Shown in pieces: positions 52,655 to 64,000 of a DNA stretch of 64,000 nucleotides (positions are counted from its first letter, which is position 1; each line of letters begins with the position of its first letter). The stretch comes from Thermodesulfobacteriota bacterium (GTDB lineage Bacteria; Desulfobacterota_D; UBA1144; Nemesobacterales; JAJCZQ01): NCBI GenBank assembly GCA_965215275.1, contig OZ244044.1:1888001-1952000 (forward strand). Reading direction: 5' to 3'. The notes under the pieces were generated by a model. The model did not search any database. It had not been told where the DNA came from and was given only the letters and a program-made list of their open reading frames with translations. The translations under genes were made by a program, and so were the position numbers.

Positions 52655-54349
52655 TTGAAAAAAAAGAGATTAACAAACTCAAAAAAGCCTTTTAAAGGTG
52701 CAATAGACAGGGTTATAGGAGAAGTACAAAAAAAACAGGGCAAATATTTTATCTCTTCGAGAGTAGATGAGATCCAAAACATTAGGGTACAAGATATTCA
52801 AAAGTTAAATTTGAAAAAACATACTCTTGTTGGTTTAAAGATTAATACTGAAAGTGGTGAGATAAAAATTGACAAGGTCTTTGGGAAATCACAAAAGATC
52901 GAAGTAGAGAAAGAGGCAATTGTTTTTAAATACAATATTTCCGATAAGTTTTCCAGAAAAGTAACCAAAGAAGCAGAAAAACTTTCCGGGGAATTAAGTT
53001 CAGAAGATATAGTAAGCAGAATTGATCTGAGAAAGAAGTTGTTTTTTACGATAGACGGTGATGATGCGAGGGATTTTGACGACGCCGTGTGTATTAATAA
53101 GGTAAGAAACGGGTACAAGCTTTTTGTGTCAATTGCAGATGTGTCCGCTTATGTTCCTCATGGTTCATCTATAGACCGCGAAGCATTGAAAAGAGCCAAC
53201 AGCGTTTATCTGCCGGGCAAGGTATATCCTATGCTCCCCGAGACTTTGTCCAATAATATATGCAGTTTGGTCCCCAAAGAAGACCGTTTGACCAAGACTG
53301 TTGAAATAAATTTTTATTCCGATGGATCGGTTAATAATTACCGAATATATAACAGCGTTATTAACAGCAAGGCGCGGTTAACTTACAGCAGGGTTTCTGA
53401 TCTATTAAGCGGCAAGGCAGAGTTAAGGTATGAGGAAAAAAATATAGTAAGAGCTTTAAATCTTATGAATGAACTTTATAAGAAACTGAAGAGGAAAAGA
53501 ATGGATGCTGGTGAGTTGGATTTTGATTTTCCTGAACCGGAACTTGTCAGGGATAGAAATGGAAAAGTCATTAACGTTAAAAAATCTGAACGAAGTACTG
53601 CACACGGATTAATAGAGGAGTTTATGATCGCGGCAAACAACGTTGTTGCTGGGTTTATTTTAGATAACAAAGTAGCATCTATATACAGGACTCACGAAGA
53701 TCCTGATCCGGCTTCCGTGTATGAGTTAAGACAGGATTTGGATGAGATGGGGTATAAAATGAAAGCAGGGAAAAAGATCAGCCCGCAAGACGTCCAGAAA
53801 GTTATGCTTGAAACTAATAAAAGACCAGATGGAAATGTAGTGAACATGCTGATACTTAAATCTCTCAAGAAAGCGGAGTACTCTACAAAAGAAATAGGAC
53901 ATTTTGGATTAGCTCTTAGTCGATATACACATTTTACTTCTCCTATAAGACGTTACGCTGATCTGATAGTTCACAGGATAACAGAATCTTTGATTAACAA
54001 TAATGGCTATAAAATTGATAAATGGCAGTTAGATGAAATAAGTTCGCATTGTAGTAAAACAGAAAGAACATCTGACGAAATAGAAAGGGAATTACTTGAC
54101 CTAGAAAGAGCAGGCCTTATGGGGGATAAGATCGGTAAGGTGTATGAGGGAAAAATCATCAGTATTATGCCGTTTGGAATGTTCGTTGAACTTAATCCAA
54201 TATATGTTGAAGGTTTTGTACATAAATCTGATATGAGGATGATCGGTAATAACGGGAAGAGGCGATGGTTTGTCGTTGGGCAGAAAGTAAAAGTGAAGGT
54301 GAAAGAAGCAGATATTGCAAGGAGAAGGGTCAGATTTTCTCTTGTTTAG
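52655..54349 (+). CDS. rnr: Ribonuclease R / RNase II family
   Basis: TIDGDDARDFDDA, YTHFTSPIRRYADL, C-terminal S1 domain. Confidence 0.9.
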   Translation: MKKKRLTNSKKPFKGAIDRVIGEVQKKQGKYFISSRVDEIQNIRVQDIQKLNLKKHTLVGLKINTESGEIKIDKVFGKSQKIEVEKEAIVFKYNISDKFSRKVTKEAEKLSGELSSEDIVSRIDLRKKLFFTIDGDDARDFDDAVCINKVRNGYKLFVSIADVSAYVPHGSSIDREALKRANSVYLPGKVYPMLPETLSNNICSLVPKEDRLTKTVEINFYSDGSVNNYRIYNSVINSKARLTYSRVSDLLSGKAELRYEEKNIVRALNLMNELYKKLKRKRMDAGELDFDFPEPELVRDRNGKVINVKKSERSTAHGLIEEFMIAANNVVAGFILDNKVASIYRTHEDPDPASVYELRQDLDEMGYKMKAGKKISPQDVQKVMLETNKRPDGNVVNMLILKSLKKAEYSTKEIGHFGLALSRYTHFTSPIRRYADLIVHRITESLINNNGYKIDKWQLDEISSHCSKTERTSDEIERELLDLERAGLMGDKIGKVYEGKIISIMPFGMFVELNPIYVEGFVHKSDMRMIGNNGKRRWFVVGQKVKVKVKEADIARRRVRFSLV

Positions 54350-54413
54350 ATGACAGTATTTATGTCTGTCAATATTGTGTTATCTGATAATTTGCTGTAA
54401 ATGGCATTGATCT

Positions 54414-54454
54414 TATTACCTTAATAAATTCATTTTATATTTATTAAGGTAATA
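54414..54454. terminator. 16-bp perfect AT-rich hairpin between convergent rnr and tRNA-Ser
   Basis: tattaccttaataaat-N9-atttattaaggtaata. Confidence 0.55.
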
Positions 54455-54494
54455 GTATTTTTATCAAGAGAGTTAAAGTGAAAGTACTACAAAT

Positions 54495-54585
54495 TGGCGG
54501 AGGGAGTGGGATTCGAACCCACGAGACTCTAAAAGAGCCTACTGGTTTTCGAGACCAGCGCCTTCGTCCTCTCGGCCATCCCTCC
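54495..54585 (-). tRNA. tRNA-Ser(CGA)
   Basis: Long variable arm, ctCGAaa loop on the minus strand, CCA. Confidence 0.95.
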
Positions 54586-54681
54586 TTGGGGTTACTAAAA
54601 CTAAATTACCAATTTAACCCCCTATAAGCAATTATGGTTATAATTTGAAAGTTAAGTCTTTTACGTGTAGAGGTTTAATTT

Positions 54682-57192
54682 GTGATAGAGAAGTTGTTTT
54701 CACAAGATATTATTGAAGCAATAAGGTCAGAAATTTCAGCATCTCTGGGTAATGAAGTTTTTTTTGTTGGGGACTTTGACAGTAGTGGTTTGTGTTCAGA
54801 AATTGAGGTTTTAGCACGAGGAAATGAATTTTCTGTTCCAGCAATCATTGACTCTGCCAGATCCGGGCAAATTGTTTTACATAACCATCCTTCCGGTAAC
54901 TTAACACCATCTGAACAAGACGTTTATCTTGCTTCTATATTTGGCAACAACGGAGTAGGTTTTGCCATAGTTGACAATGAAGTGAGCGATGTTTACGTGG
55001 TAGTTGAACCGTTCAGAGAAAAAAAGAATCTGAAAATAGATTTAAACGAGGCAAAAGGCTACTTAATTCCGGATGGTCCTATATCTGACCTGTTGGGAAA
55101 TAATTATGAATTCAGAGAGGAACAGATACTTGTTTTAAACCGGGTCTTGTCATCATTTAACAATAACAGCATTGAACTTATAGAAGCCGGTACCGGAACT
55201 GGAAAAACTTTTTCATACTTGATTCCATCGATCTTGTGGGCACTGAAAAACAATGAAAGGGTTGTGGTCTCCACAAACACAATTAATCTGCAAGAGCAAC
55301 TTATTCATAAGGATATTCCTCTTATGGCTAAGGTAATTCCGGAAAAATTCAGATATTCACTGGTTAAAGGTATGAAGAATTATGTATGTTTGCTTAGAGC
55401 AGAGACTTTAGCTGATAATCAGATGGATATTTTTGAGGACGGTCACATAACTGAAATTAACGACTTGATAAACTGGTCAAGAACAACGGACCAAGGTTCT
55501 TTATCTGACTTGAATTTTACTCCAAACGAAGATGTGTGGGATAAGATCTCTGCTGAAAGCGATAGTTGTATAAGAACGAAATGCCCTTATTATTCACGAT
55601 GTTTTTTCTTTAAAGATAGAAGAGAAATTGCTGCGTCTCAGCTGGTTGTGGTTAACCATCATATGTTTTTTTCCGATCTTGCAATAAAAATAGCAACCCA
55701 GGACAATCAATTTGGGATTCTACCATCTTACCGAAGGGTTATATTTGATGAGGCTCACAATATTGTTGATGTTGCTACTTCTCATTTTAGCTCACGCATC
55801 TCAAAATACGGATTGATGCGAGCTATAAGAAGACTTAAAAGCAAAAATAAGAAAGGAGAGGTCAAGGGTCTTATTTATTACTGTACTTCAGTATCAGCAA
55901 AACTTTCTCGAAAACAAAAACATGAGGACATTAACTTGTTGAAAATACTTTCCAAAACCGAAGAAGTATTTTCTCCCAGAGTTGATCAAGTTGAAATTCT
56001 TGTAGACGAAACGTTCGACCTGCTTGGAGAATTTGCCACTTTTGCCAATGATTCTGCGAGTCAAAGTGTAAATAATTTTAACATCAGAATTACAAAAGAT
56101 CTGATAAATACGCAGCAGTGGGCGATGGCAAAGTTAAAATTCAATGATTTAAAAAAATATATAAGGGGCTTAATTGATGAAATTAAAAAATTAGTTTCAT
56201 TATTTGAAAAGGATGAAGATGAGGACTTTGTGTTGAATATTCTTGTGGAGTTTAGAAGTATAGTCTATAAACTGGAGTATTACGCCGAGGTCGTGGATGA
56301 ATTTTTCTCAGAGAATGATGATTTGAAAGTCAGGTGGATTGAAATTAAAGAAAGAAATAAGAATATCTCTTATTCAATCGGTATCTCGCCAATTGATGTT
56401 TCTGATTATTTGCAGGAGAATATGTATAAGAATCTTGACTCAGCAGTCATAACTTCTGCTACTTTGGCTATTGATAAAAACTTTGAGTTTAGTAAAGAGC
56501 AGATGGGTTTACAAGAATTAGACGAGGTGAATGAGGTTCTTGTAGAGTCCCCTTTCAACTTTAAAGAGCAGGTGACATTATGTATTCCAATAGACGTTCC
56601 CGGACATGAAGACAAAAATTATGCTCAAAAGATGTCACTGTATCTAAAAGAACTTTTTTTACTTACTAATGGTAATGCATTGATTCTCTTTACATCTTAT
56701 AAGATGCTGAACACAGTCTATTCAGCTATTAAACAAGAGTTCTTGGACGGTATAAATTTATTGGTTCAGGGAATGGAACCGCGAAACCAGTTGATAGGTA
56801 GATTTAAGCGAACTAAAAACTCCGTTCTTTTTGCCACGGATAGTTTCTGGGAAGGAATTGATGTGCCTGGTGACTCTCTCAGGCTTTTAGTTATTATGAA
56901 ATTGCCTTTTAAAGTGCCAACTGATCCAATCTTTGCAGCAAAGAGTGAATACCTTGAATCTCAGAACATTAACCCATTTTTGGAATATTCCGTCCCTCTT
57001 GCCGTAATAAAGTTCAAGCAGGGATTTGGAAGATTAATAAGGTCAAAGAAAGAAAAAGGAGTGGCAGTTGTATTGGATAAAAGAGTGGTAACGAAACACT
57101 ACGGAAAATATTTTATAAATTCTTTACCTGATTGTAACGTTATACGTGGAAAATTTAGAGGTTTGCTGGGGAAAATAGAGGAATTTTTATGA
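54682..57192 (+). CDS. dinG: DinG/YoaA-family helicase with N-terminal JAB/MPN-like domain
   Basis: HNHPSGNLTPSEQD; EAGTGTGKT; DEAH; Fe-S cysteines; FWEGIDVPG; QGFGRLIR. Confidence 0.88.
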   Translation: MIEKLFSQDIIEAIRSEISASLGNEVFFVGDFDSSGLCSEIEVLARGNEFSVPAIIDSARSGQIVLHNHPSGNLTPSEQDVYLASIFGNNGVGFAIVDNEVSDVYVVVEPFREKKNLKIDLNEAKGYLIPDGPISDLLGNNYEFREEQILVLNRVLSSFNNNSIELIEAGTGTGKTFSYLIPSILWALKNNERVVVSTNTINLQEQLIHKDIPLMAKVIPEKFRYSLVKGMKNYVCLLRAETLADNQMDIFEDGHITEINDLINWSRTTDQGSLSDLNFTPNEDVWDKISAESDSCIRTKCPYYSRCFFFKDRREIAASQLVVVNHHMFFSDLAIKIATQDNQFGILPSYRRVIFDEAHNIVDVATSHFSSRISKYGLMRAIRRLKSKNKKGEVKGLIYYCTSVSAKLSRKQKHEDINLLKILSKTEEVFSPRVDQVEILVDETFDLLGEFATFANDSASQSVNNFNIRITKDLINTQQWAMAKLKFNDLKKYIRGLIDEIKKLVSLFEKDEDEDFVLNILVEFRSIVYKLEYYAEVVDEFFSENDDLKVRWIEIKERNKNISYSIGISPIDVSDYLQENMYKNLDSAVITSATLAIDKNFEFSKEQMGLQELDEVNEVLVESPFNFKEQVTLCIPIDVPGHEDKNYAQKMSLYLKELFLLTNGNALILFTSYKMLNTVYSAIKQEFLDGINLLVQGMEPRNQLIGRFKRTKNSVLFATDSFWEGIDVPGDSLRLLVIMKLPFKVPTDPIFAAKSEYLESQNINPFLEYSVPLAVIKFKQGFGRLIRSKKEKGVAVVLDKRVVTKHYGKYFINSLPDCNVIRGKFRGLLGKIEEFL

Positions 57193-57229
57193 TTTTTATA
57201 TTAATTGTGTAATTATATAAATTATTTTA

Positions 57230-57300
57230 TTGACATTGATTGTTGATTGACTATTATAATCTTTCCCTTATTTATAGGGAATTTACTGATCTTTGAAAAT
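57230..57300 (+). promoter_or_regulatory. rrn promoter and boxA-like element
   Basis: TTGACA 57230, TATTAT/TATAAT 57252-57260, hairpin, gatctttgaaaat. Confidence 0.75.
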
Positions 57301-57361
57301 TAAATAGCAGCAAGAAGCGAGTTAAGGGTAAATTCCAATAATTTTTTAAATTATTTTTCAA

Positions 57362-58895
<1,534 letters not shown>

Positions 58896-58973
58896 TTAAC
58901 GGAGAATTGACCTGAGACTTCCTTCTTTGCTGTTATTTATTTAAATTTGGTGTTCTCAATAGCAAGTTTATCA

Positions 58974-59047
<74 letters not shown>

Positions 59048-59064
59048 CTGAAGTTTATATGTGA

Positions 59065-59140
59065 GGGGGTGTAGCTCAGCTGGGAGAGCGCCTGCTTTGC
59101 AAGCAGAAGGTCAGCGGTTCGATCCCGCTCACCTCCACCA
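59065..59140 (+). tRNA. tRNA-Ala(TGC)
   Basis: ttTGCaa loop; CCA. Confidence 0.96.
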
Positions 59141-59289
59141 ATTCATTACCAAAGATATTATTTTCCACAAGACCATTTTCAGCCATATTCTGAAACTATG
59201 TTTCCATATTGTTCAAAGTAATGGTCGCTCCGGATTTATCTTGTTGGATTTTATCAGTTTTTCTTTTTCAGATATTTGAGTTTATTATA

Positions 59290-59361
59290 TTGACATTGAG
59301 TTGTAAGTTGATTATTATAAAAATCCCCTTGGTTTTATAAGGGGTTTTGATCTTTGACAAT
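59290..59361 (+). promoter_or_regulatory. Second rrn-type promoter upstream of 23S
   Basis: TTGACA-17bp-TATTAT, hairpin, gatctttgacaat; same layout as the 16S promoter. Confidence 0.7.
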
Positions 59362-59437
59362 TGAATACAATGCTGAGTAATTAAACGTGCCATTATGTAT
59401 TGCAAAAAGGCGAGTTTGAGGATTTTTATACCTCGCA

Positions 59438-62364
<2,927 letters not shown>

Positions 62365-62531
62365 TGCGGGGTTTAAAAATTCTCAATCTGATGGCCGTTA
62401 GTTCTCAGTGTTGTATTCATTATTGTGTTTTTCTAATTCAAAAATCTTTCTTATTGACCTAATTTATTGTCTTTTTACCAATATTATAGTAAAACAATTA
62501 ATGAATTTTACTTGTGGGAGGAATTATCCTA

Positions 62532-63875
62532 ATGAAAAAACTAAACTCTTTAATCGTATTAGTCCTGATTTTAGTGTGCTTTTCTTTGTTTTACACTGGC
62601 TGTGATGACGATAATGAGTGTGGTGATTCTTTCTGCATAGGAATTGTTTTACCTGAAACGGGACCTTCTGCGTCAGGTTTTCCGACTATGAAGGCAGCTA
62701 TTGATCTTGCAGTGTCAGATATTAATGCAGCCGGAGGGAACATCAAGGTCTTTTTTGGGGATAGTAAGGGTGTCCCTAGTGAAGCTGACAAAATTGCAGA
62801 GGAATTTTTAAATATTGGAGTTCATGGAATTGTTGGTGCTTGGTCTTCTGCAGTTTCTCTTGGTATGATCGATCGAGTGACCGGAAACGAAGTAGTTATG
62901 ATATCGCCTTCAAATACATCCCCCAGTTTAACTGAATATAATGAGGGTTTTTTAGCGAGAAGGGATGTTCAATACCCCTATTACTACAGAACCACTCCTT
63001 CGGATGTTTTTCAGGGACCATTAATGGTAAGTACTATAGCTGCTGATGTTCCTGCTGACCCAGTTGACATAGCACTTATCTATCGTAATGACAATTGGGG
63101 AGAAAGACTATCGGCAGAGATAGAAAAGTCGATTGAATCTACCACTTCGGCTTTTGGTGCCAGAACTGTTAATTTATCAAAAGTATCTTATGATCCTGAT
63201 CCTAACAACTTAGATACTGCAACCATAATCTCAGATATTGAGAGTATTGTTGATACCAATACAGACGTCATAATTCTTCTCGTTTTTGATGAGGGCAGTG
63301 AAATACTGAGAGAGATGATAAAATCAACTGCAATCCAAGATCCAGGCACTGTCAAATACTATCTGGGAGATGGTTATACGCATACAGATATAGATGATAG
63401 AGTGAGTGACGGAGATGCTAACTTAATGGGGAAAACTAGTGGTATTAAGGCCATCCGCGCAACCGCGGATCAGTGTAGATTTCCGGAGTTTCAAACAGCT
63501 TTGCAAAGAATTAATCCAGAACTGATAGACTTTGCGTTCACCAGTGAAGTTTATGACGCTTTAGTGCTTCTTGCATTGGCTTCCTTGTCTGCGGGTAGTA
63601 ATGAACCTACAGAATATGTTTCTGAAATGATTAAAGTTTCCAAAGATGGAATGTCTTGTACTACTTACAGAGAATGTGCTGAACTTCTGACTGATGGTGA
63701 TAACGCCAATGACGACATTGATTACAATGGGATTTCAGGTATGATAGGGTTTGATGAGAATGGAGATATATCCAGTGCGTTCTATGCTATTTTAGAGTAT
63801 GACGGCAGCGGCATTGGAAATCGTAGTGTGGTTAATAGAGATGGCACTCCTGTAGGATCTTGTCCTCAAAATTAG
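62532..63875 (+). CDS. ABC substrate-binding lipoprotein, branched-chain amino acid (LivJ-like) family
   Basis: Lipobox YTGC; IGIVLPETG; VGAWSSAVS; ISPSNTSP; YYRTTPSDVFQG. Confidence 0.85.
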   Translation: MKKLNSLIVLVLILVCFSLFYTGCDDDNECGDSFCIGIVLPETGPSASGFPTMKAAIDLAVSDINAAGGNIKVFFGDSKGVPSEADKIAEEFLNIGVHGIVGAWSSAVSLGMIDRVTGNEVVMISPSNTSPSLTEYNEGFLARRDVQYPYYYRTTPSDVFQGPLMVSTIAADVPADPVDIALIYRNDNWGERLSAEIEKSIESTTSAFGARTVNLSKVSYDPDPNNLDTATIISDIESIVDTNTDVIILLVFDEGSEILREMIKSTAIQDPGTVKYYLGDGYTHTDIDDRVSDGDANLMGKTSGIKAIRATADQCRFPEFQTALQRINPELIDFAFTSEVYDALVLLALASLSAGSNEPTEYVSEMIKVSKDGMSCTTYRECAELLTDGDNANDDIDYNGISGMIGFDENGDISSAFYAILEYDGSGIGNRSVVNRDGTPVGSCPQN

Positions 63876-64000
63876 ATTATATTATAGCTGTTATATATTT
63901 TTTGGGAATTATAAATACTCATTTTATTTTGGCTAATATATATATTTTTTTCTGTAATTCTTGAAAAAGCTGAAAATTAGAAAGATAAAGTGTATGACAA

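Noticed and set aside
63903..63920. Additional IS1595-like end (gggaattataaatac)
   Set aside because: Only a partial match at the window edge; partner end not visible.

Overview
AT-rich bacterial chromosome segment. The gene set and 16S look deltaproteobacteria-like, possibly Ca. Dadabacteria or a host-associated lineage (inference, no search run). Housekeeping blocks: hisD-hisC, lnt-lgt, tolB, rplU-rpmA, rlmN-alaS, an rpoH-type sigma factor, fmt, amtB plus porin, rnr, a JAB-DinG helicase, five tRNAs and a 16S-Ile-Ala-23S operon with no 5S. Between them lie accessory regions of paralogous TPR genes, GT2/GT4 glycosyltransferases and a duplicated HTTM-like module, with many IS1595 pseudo-elements, MITEs and orphan ends. 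Main candidate system: a set of contingency loci. (1) Three of four TPR paralogs, and one copy of the HTTM-partner gene, are otherwise intact but out of frame by one base at G/C homopolymer tracts. (2) A duplicated two-domain GT2 carries 32 perfect 21-bp repeats encoding a HKDLEVK coiled coil, a possible tunable glycan-length ruler. (3) IS1595 elements consistently carry a small basic ORF, which is the only cargo left in one MITE. Homopolymer or repeat assembly error is the main alternative for (1) and (2).
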